Source: Gammaproteobacteria bacterium
GTDB lineage: Bacteria; Pseudomonadota; Gammaproteobacteria; Eutrophobiales; Eutrophobiaceae
Length of the DNA: 64,000 nt
Assembly (NCBI GenBank): GCA_965221695.1
Contig: OZ244905.1
Coordinates: 288,001 to 352,000 of the forward strand
Reading direction: 5' to 3'
Positions 52,331-61,075 of this stretch are shown piece after piece. The notes beneath the pieces were generated by a model. That model did no database searches. It was given only the letters and a program-made list of their open reading frames with translations, and was not told where the DNA came from. Numbering within the stretch: the first letter of the stretch is position 1; every line of letters starts with the position of its first letter. The translations under genes and the position numbers were made by a program.

Positions 52331-53968
52331 ATGAGCACGGTATATAAAGAGTTTCTGAAGACAGAGACCAGGGTTTCCGCCCAGGCTTTTCTGCACATCC
52401 CGCGTCAGGCTACCAGGGAATATCACGATCGGTCTGTTGATTATACCTATGCAGAGGCGCTGCAGGCAGTCAATGCCTTAAGCGAGCAATACGCCGAAGC
52501 CGGCTACGGCCACGGCATGCGTGTGGCGCTCATGCTGGACAACCGGGCAGAGTTTTTTCTGCATTTTCTTGCTCTGAACAAACTCGGTATCAGTATTGTG
52601 CCGGTGAATTCCAGTTTTCTGCCTCGGGAAATCGCTTATGTCATCACTCATAGCGACGCCTGCCTGGTTTTGTGTCTGCCCTGTTATCGGGACAAGACGC
52701 GGGCGGCCCTTGCCGCTGAACACACGACCATTCCAATTGCCGATACCGATTCATTGTCCCGGTTGCCTGTCTGCAGCGAGACAAAGAGGTCAGGCGCACC
52801 GCGCAAGAACACGGAGGTGGCAGTGCTGTACACCTCCGGAACCACCGGCACGCCCAAAGGTTGCATGTTGAACAACGAATACTTCACCTGTATGGGAGAA
52901 TGGTATGCCAATATCGATGGTTACTGCCGGCTGGCATACGCAGAGGAGAGGATGCTGACACCGCTGCCACTGGTACACATGAATGCGCTGTGTTCCATGA
53001 TGGCGATGATTATGAGCGGTGGCTGCATAATTCAATTGGATCGTTTTCATGCGTCAAGCTGGTGGGAAACAGTGCGTGAATCCAGGGCGACTTGCCTGCA
53101 TTATCTCGGTGTCATACCGGCAATTCTGTTGAACCAGCCTGAAACAGCGCATGACAACATGGGGCGGCAGATCAAGTTCGGGTTCGGCGCCGGTGTCGAC
53201 CCGAAACATCTGCAACGTTTCGAACAACGCTTCGGTTTTCCCCTGGTGGAAGGTTGGGCCATGACCGAAACCGGCACGTATGTCTGTATCACGGCCAACA
53301 AGGAGCCCCGCCATATCGGTACCCGCTGCATCGGCAAGGCGCCCGATGTGATTGAATATCGCCTGGTGGATGAAGAGGGCAACAATGTGGCCGAAGGCGA
53401 ACCGGGAGAATTATTGATCCGCGCCAGTGGAGACAACCCGCGCAAAGGCTTCTTCTCCGGTTATTACAAGAACCCGGAAGAAACAGCCAAGGTCTGGGAG
53501 GGGGGCTATTTTCATACCGGCGACGTGGTGCGAATCAGCGCGGATGGCTCCTTTCATTTCGTGGATCGGCGCAAGAATATCATCCGGCGCAGCGGTGAAA
53601 ACATCGCCGCAGTGGAAGTTGAGAACGTGCTGTTCCAACACCCTTTGGTCGCCAACTGCGCGGTAGCGCCTGTTTACGATGAGACCCGCGGCGAAGAAGT
53701 AGGCGTCTGCGTCATCCTCGACACATCCTCAGAGGAATATACCGGTTCCGAAACTGAACTGGCCGAAACCTTGTTTGCATTTTGCGCAGAGCGTTTAATC
53801 TACTACAAAGTCCCGGCCTGGTACCTGTTTGTCGCTGAACTGCCTATGACCGCGTCACAGAAACTTCAGCGCGGCGAAATCAAGGCGCTTGTCAACAAAC
53901 TGGTGGAAGAGGGCCGTTGTATCGACTTGAGAGAGCGTAAACGCAGGAAAAAAAATGTTGCCGTATGA
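52331..53968 (+). CDS. Acyl-CoA ligase (CaiC-like AMP-binding enzyme)
   Basis: YTSGTTGTPKG, WAMTE, FHTGD and RRSGENI. Confidence 0.92.
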   Translation: MSTVYKEFLKTETRVSAQAFLHIPRQATREYHDRSVDYTYAEALQAVNALSEQYAEAGYGHGMRVALMLDNRAEFFLHFLALNKLGISIVPVNSSFLPREIAYVITHSDACLVLCLPCYRDKTRAALAAEHTTIPIADTDSLSRLPVCSETKRSGAPRKNTEVAVLYTSGTTGTPKGCMLNNEYFTCMGEWYANIDGYCRLAYAEERMLTPLPLVHMNALCSMMAMIMSGGCIIQLDRFHASSWWETVRESRATCLHYLGVIPAILLNQPETAHDNMGRQIKFGFGAGVDPKHLQRFEQRFGFPLVEGWAMTETGTYVCITANKEPRHIGTRCIGKAPDVIEYRLVDEEGNNVAEGEPGELLIRASGDNPRKGFFSGYYKNPEETAKVWEGGYFHTGDVVRISADGSFHFVDRRKNIIRRSGENIAAVEVENVLFQHPLVANCAVAPVYDETRGEEVGVCVILDTSSEEYTGSETELAETLFAFCAERLIYYKVPAWYLFVAELPMTASQKLQRGEIKALVNKLVEEGRCIDLRERKRRKKNVAV

Positions 53969-55121
53969 AGATATTGCTCTGGTCGCCGCAACCAGTCTGC
54001 GTTATGTGAAACGTAGCGAACGCAGCGCGGCCTGGTTTATCGGCATGACGTTTGCTCGTATGCTGGAACGCGCCGGATTGCGAAAACACGATGTGGACGG
54101 CCTGGCGATTGCCAGTTTTACCCTGGCGCCAGACAGTGTGGCGAGCATGACTGAATACCTGGATATATCACCGCGTTGGCTGGAACAGATCCCGATGGGC
54201 GGCGCCAGCGGACCAGTCGCCACCAAGCGCGCGGCGCGGGCGGTACAGTCCGGCGATGCCGAGGTCGTGGCGTGCATCGGAGGCGATACCGCATCGGCGG
54301 ACACATTCGTCAATCTGGTGGAGCGCTTCAGCCGGTTTTCGACAGACGCGGTATATCCCTATGGCGCCGGCGGGCCAAATACGGTGTTTGCCATGATTAC
54401 CCGCCATTACATGGAACAGTATGGCGCGCAGCGCGAAGACTTTGGTCGTATCTGTATCGCCCAACGAGAAAATGCCCTGGCTGCGGGTCGCGCAATGTTC
54501 AATACACCGTTATCCATGAAGGATTATTTGGGCGCGCGCCCCATCTGCGATCCCTTGCGTTTGTATGATTGCGTGATGCCCGTTGCCGGCGCTGACGGTT
54601 TTCTGGTAATGCCGGTTGCCCGGGCGGAGGCCCTGGACCTGCCCTATGCCAGGCTGCTGGCCGCGGGAGAGCGGCACAACGCCTGGTCTGACGACGATGT
54701 GCATTTTCGCGCCGGTTGGCGACTCTACCGGGATGAATTGTACGATCAGGCGGGGGTCGATCCAGACAACATTGACTTTTTGCAGACCTACGATGATTAC
54801 CCCGTAATAGCCATGATTCAGATGGAGGACCTCGGATTTTGCGACAAAGGCGGGGCGCCGGATTTTGTGCGCACGCGCGCGCTGACCTGGAACGGTGGAG
54901 GGCTACCGCATAATACCTGCGGCGGGCAATTATCCGCGGGACAGGCCGGCGCTGCCGGCGGTTTTCTTGGCACGGTCGAGGCCATCCGACAACTGACCAC
55001 AACCGGTTTGCCTAACCAGATTCCCGGCGCAAAAACCGGCATGGTAAGTGGCTATGGCATGGTCAACTATGATCGCTGTCTGTGCACCAGCGCCGCGCTT
55101 CTGGGCCGGGGACGGCAATGA
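53955..55121 (+). CDS. Thiolase-fold protein (SCP2/Ltp2-like) lacking the N-terminal catalytic Cys
   Basis: MGGASG in place of CxSG; DPLRLYDC, QTYDDY, NTCGGQLS and EAIRQL. Confidence 0.85.
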   Translation: MLPYEDIALVAATSLRYVKRSERSAAWFIGMTFARMLERAGLRKHDVDGLAIASFTLAPDSVASMTEYLDISPRWLEQIPMGGASGPVATKRAARAVQSGDAEVVACIGGDTASADTFVNLVERFSRFSTDAVYPYGAGGPNTVFAMITRHYMEQYGAQREDFGRICIAQRENALAAGRAMFNTPLSMKDYLGARPICDPLRLYDCVMPVAGADGFLVMPVARAEALDLPYARLLAAGERHNAWSDDDVHFRAGWRLYRDELYDQAGVDPDNIDFLQTYDDYPVIAMIQMEDLGFCDKGGAPDFVRTRALTWNGGGLPHNTCGGQLSAGQAGAAGGFLGTVEAIRQLTTTGLPNQIPGAKTGMVSGYGMVNYDRCLCTSAALLGRGRQ

Positions 55122-55558
55122 AAGACCAATCAGGCCCTCCTGCCGCGCGCTCCCATCTTTGGCAGCGCGTCAACCAGACTGCCGCTGAGGGAACGCTCAG
55201 ACTGCAGGTCTGCAAACACTGCGGCAAGACGCAGTATCCGCCGCAGGAATTCTGCAGTGTTTGTCTGAGCGATGACTTATCGTGGGAACAGGTCAACCCT
55301 TTAGGCAAAACGCTTTCATGGACTACAAGCCATGCCAGCAACAACCGGTTTTTCAAGGATCGATTGCCTCTTCACATTGGAATGATTAAACTGGATTGCG
55401 GTCCTGTTATGATTGCTTATCTGGCAGCGTCCTGTTTACGCGCCGGCAGCAGGACACAAATCTCGGTTTATCCTGATAAATCCGGCCAGGCCGTCTTCCT
55501 TGCCGCGCCGCCGGGCTCAGATCCTGCGCCTGAATTCAGCAACATACTGATTGAATAA
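55118..55558 (+). CDS. DUF35 zinc-ribbon/OB-fold protein
   Basis: CKHCG..QYPP..FCSVC zinc ribbon plus OB fold; ATGA overlap with the thiolase gene. Confidence 0.88.
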   Translation: MKDQSGPPAARSHLWQRVNQTAAEGTLRLQVCKHCGKTQYPPQEFCSVCLSDDLSWEQVNPLGKTLSWTTSHASNNRFFKDRLPLHIGMIKLDCGPVMIAYLAASCLRAGSRTQISVYPDKSGQAVFLAAPPGSDPAPEFSNILIE

Positions 55559-55632
55559 TCGCTAACCTGCAAACACTGGCCGTTTCGGATACCCGTTTGC
55601 TCAGGAGCCGACGCTGCCACAGGAGATGAAAT

Positions 55633-56364
55633 ATGATAAAAAAAAATCAAGTAGTGGTCGTTACCGGCGGCAACCGGGGTATCGGCGCGGATATTACCCG
55701 GCGCTTTCTCAACAGCGGCTACCTCGTCGTCAATATATCCAGGCAGCCCCCTGAGTTTGCGCATGAACGCCTGATCAATTATACCGCTGACCTGGCGAAT
55801 CAACAGGCAACACGGGAAGTCGGCATGGAGATAGCGAAACAGCATGAGGTTACGAACTTCATTCACAATGCCGGCGTCATCCGTCCCGATTTGCTTGAAA
55901 ATGTCAGTCTTGAAGACCTGGATTACTTAACCCAACTGCACTTGGGCAGCGCGATCACTTTGGCGCAACAGTTTGTGCCGGCAATGCGCGCGGCGCAGTT
56001 CGGCAGGATCATCCTCATCTCATCCCGCGGCGTGCTGGGCTTGGTGACTCGTACCAATTATGCGGCTACCAAGGCCGGACAGATTGGCATCACGCGCACC
56101 TGGGCATTGGAATTGGCAAAAGACGGGATTACGGTGAATTGTGTGGCGCCCGGGCCGATTGTGACGGATATGTTCCATGAGCTGGTTCCGGACGACAGCG
56201 AACAAAAGACACAGATCGCGGAGAGCGTTCCGGTCAAACGCTTGGGTACTCCTCAAGACATCGGGCGCGTGGTTGAATTTTTGTGCGCGCCAGACAGCGG
56301 CTTCATTACCGGACAGACCTGGTATATCTGTGGCGGCGCCAGCCTGGGCTCGCTGGCTTTGTGA
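55633..56364 (+). CDS. Short-chain dehydrogenase/reductase
   Basis: TGGNRGIG, NAG, YAATK and TRTWALELA. Confidence 0.9.
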   Translation: MIKKNQVVVVTGGNRGIGADITRRFLNSGYLVVNISRQPPEFAHERLINYTADLANQQATREVGMEIAKQHEVTNFIHNAGVIRPDLLENVSLEDLDYLTQLHLGSAITLAQQFVPAMRAAQFGRIILISSRGVLGLVTRTNYAATKAGQIGITRTWALELAKDGITVNCVAPGPIVTDMFHELVPDDSEQKTQIAESVPVKRLGTPQDIGRVVEFLCAPDSGFITGQTWYICGGASLGSLAL

Positions 56365-56445
56365 TATTGGATAATTCTTATGCTCGCATATCCCTTGTTG
56401 GGCGCGCGGGCGTTAGCCAGCCATACGATTCCAGAGAAACTCAAG

Positions 56446-57690
56446 TCAAATTATGACCAATATCAGATAAAACGCCGCGAATAATGTCAGCGCCCAGACG
56501 CAGACCACACTGTAGCGAGTCAGTCCTGGCGCTGGCTGCATCTTTGCCGGCACATCTTCGGAATGCATGGCGCGGTGAATTAGCCAGGCCAGCGCTGGCG
56601 CAGTCAGAAACGCCAGGGTAGTGGCGATATCGATCAGGGTTTTGAATGATTGAAGGAAAAACATGATGATGGACAGGGAAATCAGGATCATTCCCAGGAT
56701 AGTAGCCAGATAAATCCTGAAGCGCAGCTTCTCCGGCAATGCTTCGTTCCTGAAACAATTAACCAGAGCGCATACAGTGCGTGGGTAGCCATCGTGTATG
56801 ACCAGTACGGTGGATAGCATGACTGCGAATGCGGCAATGGCAATAATTGGCCTGGTCCATTGTCCCAAGAGCGAAGAATAAATGTTGACGAGTTGCGCTG
56901 AAAACTCGGCCGGAGAAGATGAAAACTGCAGGTCGGAACCATGCATCACCGCAGCCCCCAGCATCAGAAAGCAGAGCGCGGTCACGATAGTCGAGCAATA
57001 CCCGACGTGATAATCCAGTTTTACCTCTGCGGCGGACAGCTTGTTCTGTTTGTTCTTTTCCAGGACCCACAACGATTGCCAGATGCAGGTTTCGAATGGC
57101 GCCGGCATAAAGCCGATCAATGCCGCCAGAAACAAAATCGATGACCTGTTGAATACGTCAGGTGTGAGAATATCGGCCTGCCCCCAGTCGATCAAGGGCA
57201 TGGAGAGTGACGTTGCCGCCAGGGTAGAGACAAACAGGATCAGGAGCAGGATTTTTGTAATACTGTCCAACCAGTGGTACTGGCCGGCTATCAGGCAGAT
57301 GCCGGAAAAAGCACAGATACAAGCAGCCACCACGGCGATAGGCAGGTTCAGGTTAAAACTGATCACTGCCAGACCGCTCGTCACCAACACCACTGCTGCA
57401 AACCCGGTAAACATCACACAAAATATCACCAGCGCGCACAGCCATACGGCCCAGCTTCCCTGACGGCGAAAACCGGTCAGCAAGTGTTGCCCGGTGGCGT
57501 AAGCGTATTCATGTCCGAAACGGAAGATCGGGTATTTCATAGCAAAAGCCAGCAGGATGAACAACAACAAGTCCATCCCGTAAAGGGCGCCGGCGCGGGT
57601 TGCCTGCACCAGGTGGGATACCCCGATAGCCGCGGCAGCCATCAACAGTCCGGGACCAAGAACTGTGAACAGCCTGTATTTCCATTTCAT
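56446..57690 (-). CDS. NRAMP-like/APC-fold membrane transporter
   Basis: LGPGLLMAAAAIGVSHLVQATRAGA.YG; about 11 TM helices; start set at MKWK because the upstream in-frame extension runs through a MITE remnant. Confidence 0.8.
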   Translation of the reverse strand: MKWKYRLFTVLGPGLLMAAAAIGVSHLVQATRAGALYGMDLLLFILLAFAMKYPIFRFGHEYAYATGQHLLTGFRRQGSWAVWLCALVIFCVMFTGFAAVVLVTSGLAVISFNLNLPIAVVAACICAFSGICLIAGQYHWLDSITKILLLILFVSTLAATSLSMPLIDWGQADILTPDVFNRSSILFLAALIGFMPAPFETCIWQSLWVLEKNKQNKLSAAEVKLDYHVGYCSTIVTALCFLMLGAAVMHGSDLQFSSSPAEFSAQLVNIYSSLLGQWTRPIIAIAAFAVMLSTVLVIHDGYPRTVCALVNCFRNEALPEKLRFRIYLATILGMILISLSIIMFFLQSFKTLIDIATTLAFLTAPALAWLIHRAMHSEDVPAKMQPAPGLTRYSVVCVWALTLFAAFYLILVII

Positions 57691-57755
57691 CAGAGCATGA
57701 TAACCACGGTTTGCGCATTTGACCACCATAACAACGCCTCCCCGCCTGGATACGC

Positions 57756-57793
57756 GCTCTGACAAGTCCAGAATGGATTTATCAGATCTTTCC
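57756..57793 (-). repeat. Left-end fragment of the MITE family
   Basis: Reverse complement GGAAAGATCTGATAAATCCATTCTGGACTTGTCAGAGC matches the first hairpin of copies B and C. Confidence 0.75.
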
Positions 57794-57920
57794 AAAATTT
57801 ACACGGCAAAAAACGTATGCCTCTATCTTGACCTGCTTCTCAAGGTTTGGGATAAAGCTCTTGAAACAAAACCGGATTTGATGGATGATGGCAAGATGGT
57901 AAAAAACACTTAGGTTTCCC

Positions 57921-59165
57921 ATGGATGCTATTCCGATTCCCTGGAGTAAGATACGTATTTATTTTTTGCTTCTCCTCTTTCTGACAGGTTGTGACGCGCA
58001 ACAACCGGCGGATGAATCTGCGCCGGTTGCTATCTCATCCGGCGAGAAGGATACGTATGTGGACACCAGCAAGGGACCTCTGTCCAAGGACATTTTTGGT
58101 AAGGTTGCCAGTTTGCCGGAAACGCCGCATCCCCACTGGGTCTGGATTTATGATATCGCCGCCAGTTCAATGCCGGACGGGCGCGCCTATCTGTATGATG
58201 GAAACAGCGCACGGTTGCTGGGCATGCTCAATACCGGATATTCCTTCAATGCGTTGAATATTCCCAGCCATTACCGGGAAGTCTATTCGGCTGAAACATA
58301 TTATGCCAGAACAACCCGCGGGGCACGCGCCGATGTGGTCAGTATTTACGACCCGTTCACGCTATTACCGGTAACTGAAATAGCGATCCCTGCAAAACGC
58401 GTGTCCACCCTGCCCAGGCTGGCAGATTCTGCATTGACCGACGATGATCGTTTTATGGCTGTTTTCAACCTGACGCCGGCGGCGTCATTGAGCATTGTGG
58501 ATCTGACGCAGCGCCGATTTGCCGGAGAAGTTATGATCCCCGGCTGCGCAATGGCTTATGGCGCCGGCGACAGACGTTTCTTCGCACTGTGCAGCGACGG
58601 GACGCTGCTGCTGATCGACCTGACAGAAGAGGGCGGGCAGGCCACATCGCAAAGAAGCGAGCCTTTTTTCAACGCGCTTGAGGATCCGATCCTGGAGACC
58701 GGCGCCCGTCAAGGCAACGTTTGGTATTTCATGTCGGTTCTGGGAAAAGTCCATCCGGTGGAAATCGCTGCCGGCGGACCGGATTTTCCCGATACCTGGT
58801 GGTACCTGGATGAGCAGGATCGAGACAACAACTGGCGCATAGGAGGAATACAGGCCGTCGCCCTGCATAAGGCGACTGAACAGCTCTACCTGTTGATGCA
58901 TCAGGGTGATTTCTATTCCTACGAAGCGCCCGGACCGGAAATCTGGGTTTATGATCTGGCCACCCGCGCGCGCCTGAAAAAAATCAGGACCAGACATCCC
59001 AGCATATCGATCGCAGTGAGTCAGGATGACAGTCCGCTGCTATACACGATAACCGAAGATTTGAAGAGATTGGAAATCTATGACGCAATTAACGGTGAAT
59101 ACCTGCGCTCAGCCGGAGAACTGGGTATCACGCCGTTTTTAATTGAGCCGTTGCCGTTGCTATAG
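57921..59165 (+). CDS. TTQ amine dehydrogenase large (beta-propeller) subunit, MauB/AauB-like, with lipobox
   Basis: YSAETYYAR.TRG.R.DVV, FNLTPA.S, PGC, CSDG, WRIGG.Q, LLMH, EIWVYD and VSQD..PLLY; N-terminal LTGC lipobox. Confidence 0.88.
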   Translation: MDAIPIPWSKIRIYFLLLLFLTGCDAQQPADESAPVAISSGEKDTYVDTSKGPLSKDIFGKVASLPETPHPHWVWIYDIAASSMPDGRAYLYDGNSARLLGMLNTGYSFNALNIPSHYREVYSAETYYARTTRGARADVVSIYDPFTLLPVTEIAIPAKRVSTLPRLADSALTDDDRFMAVFNLTPAASLSIVDLTQRRFAGEVMIPGCAMAYGAGDRRFFALCSDGTLLLIDLTEEGGQATSQRSEPFFNALEDPILETGARQGNVWYFMSVLGKVHPVEIAAGGPDFPDTWWYLDEQDRDNNWRIGGIQAVALHKATEQLYLLMHQGDFYSYEAPGPEIWVYDLATRARLKKIRTRHPSISIAVSQDDSPLLYTITEDLKRLEIYDAINGEYLRSAGELGITPFLIEPLPLL

Positions 59166-59221
59166 AGCAAGATTCAAACATTCATATCAATTTATTCCGC
59201 CGATGATTGTGAGGGTAAAAC

Positions 59222-59740
59222 ATGAGGTTTTTTGATCGCTGGTTCCAAGATAGGAGCCGCTCCCTGGCGCTCCGCACATCGCGCCGGAGCTTTTTGCAGA
59301 AAGCCGGTATCCTGTTGGTTGGCGCCGGCGCTGTGCCGTTGCTGCCCGTCGCCAGGGCGAATACGGCGCCGGAGGACAGCTCGATTGCCGGACCTGAAGG
59401 CGATCCGGAAAAATGCGAGTACTGGCGCAACTGCGGTATGGATGGTTTTCTTTGCTCTTGTTGCGGCGGCAGCCACATCAGTTGCCCGCCTGGCACAGAG
59501 ATGGCGCCCATGACCTGGGTAGGCACCTGTAAAAACCCTGCGGACGGGCGCGACTATATTATTGCCTACAATGACTGCTGCGGCAAAAGCACCTGCAATC
59601 GCTGCATGTGCAATCGCAACGAGGGCGACCTGCCTAATTATTTCCCATCCAAGAGCAATGATATCAACTGGTGTATGGGCTCCAGTAACAATGTCTATCA
59701 CTGTACGACCACTATATTGCTGGGATTGGCGGTGAGCTGA
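59222..59740 (+). CDS. TTQ amine dehydrogenase small subunit, AauA/MauA-like
   Basis: Tat motif SRRSFL; C.YWR.C..DGFLCSCCGG, W in TWVGTC, Y.DCCG and W in DINWC (both TTQ tryptophans present). Confidence 0.93.
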   Translation: MRFFDRWFQDRSRSLALRTSRRSFLQKAGILLVGAGAVPLLPVARANTAPEDSSIAGPEGDPEKCEYWRNCGMDGFLCSCCGGSHISCPPGTEMAPMTWVGTCKNPADGRDYIIAYNDCCGKSTCNRCMCNRNEGDLPNYFPSKSNDINWCMGSSNNVYHCTTTILLGLAVS

Positions 59741-59755
59741 CCTTAGGTTGGTCCG

Positions 59756-61075
59756 ATGGGCATATCTATCTGCAATGATGAGATAGCTTCACTGGTTCAG
59801 CCGGACCGGGTGCATAAACGGGTTTACACGGACCCGGCCATATTCGACCTGGAGATGGAACGCATATGGGGCAATGCCTGGATCTATATCGGCCACGAGA
59901 GCCAGGTGAAACGCCCTGGAGACTTCTTTACCACTACGCTGGGCAAACAATCGGTTATCGTCACCCGGCATAGCGATAACCGGATCTATGTGCTGTATAA
60001 CCGCTGCGCTCATAAGGGCGCTCAGTTGATCGCGCAACCCTGCGGTCACGCGCGGCAACTACGTTGCGCGTATCATGGCTATGTATTCGATACGGCCGGC
60101 GTCCTCACGCATATCCCCCGGGAGGAAGGATACAAAGATACGGACTTCGCGCGTGCTACGACTCTGACCGGCATCCGCCAAGTAGCCAGGGTCGAGACGT
60201 ATCGCGGCTTTATTTTTGCCAACCAGGCGCCGCATGGAGCCGATTTGGCAAGCTGGTTGGGACTGGCCACCACTTCCCTTGATAATGCCGTCGACAGGTC
60301 GCCTACTGGCGAGATCGAGATGACCGGCGGTGTATTGCGTTATCTGCATGACGCCAACTGGAAGATCCTGTTGGAAAACGTATCTGACAATATGCATCCT
60401 GCGGTCACTCACCAGTCTGCGTGGCAACCGGCAAAACGTCTCGCCAGTGAATATCCGGAAGATCAGAAGCCTTTGCCGCTTGCCATGCTGGAACCTTTCG
60501 GTTCAAGTTACGAGTTTTTCGACAAGATAGCAATGACCACTTGCGGCAACGGCCACACCTGGTCCGGCGGCAATGCAACAATCCATATCGGTTATCCGCG
60601 TGAATCGAAATACGTGCGCGACCTGGTGGCAGTCCACGGAGAGGAGCAGACCAAGCGCATACTTTCCATGCAACGGCAGAATACCATCATCTATCCCAGT
60701 ATCGCGTTCAAGAGCGCATTACAGACGATCCGGGTTTATCGCCCCATAGCTGTCGACAAGACAATACAGGAGACCTGGACGTACAAGCTGGGCGGGGTAT
60801 CAGACGATGTGTTGCATACTTCGACGCTTTACAACCAGTTGATCTTCTCGCCGTTTTCCATAGCCGGCCATGATGATTATGAAGCTTACCACCGCATCCA
60901 GCACGGACTGCAGGCAGACGCTTCCGAGTGGGTGAGTCAGCACCGCCATTATGGCCGCGACCAGCGCAATGATGACGGGACCGTACAGGCACGCGGCACC
61001 AGCGATATCGTATTCCGACACGAGTTTGAAGCCTGGAAGAACTACATGACATTATCGCATGTGGAAGCCTCCTGA
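59756..61075 (+). CDS. Second IadD-like Rieske oxygenase alpha subunit
   Basis: CAHKG...CAYHG; ENVSDNMHPAVTH; clear paralog of 48571-49884. Confidence 0.9.
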   Translation: MGISICNDEIASLVQPDRVHKRVYTDPAIFDLEMERIWGNAWIYIGHESQVKRPGDFFTTTLGKQSVIVTRHSDNRIYVLYNRCAHKGAQLIAQPCGHARQLRCAYHGYVFDTAGVLTHIPREEGYKDTDFARATTLTGIRQVARVETYRGFIFANQAPHGADLASWLGLATTSLDNAVDRSPTGEIEMTGGVLRYLHDANWKILLENVSDNMHPAVTHQSAWQPAKRLASEYPEDQKPLPLAMLEPFGSSYEFFDKIAMTTCGNGHTWSGGNATIHIGYPRESKYVRDLVAVHGEEQTKRILSMQRQNTIIYPSIAFKSALQTIRVYRPIAVDKTIQETWTYKLGGVSDDVLHTSTLYNQLIFSPFSIAGHDDYEAYHRIQHGLQADASEWVSQHRHYGRDQRNDDGTVQARGTSDIVFRHEFEAWKNYMTLSHVEAS

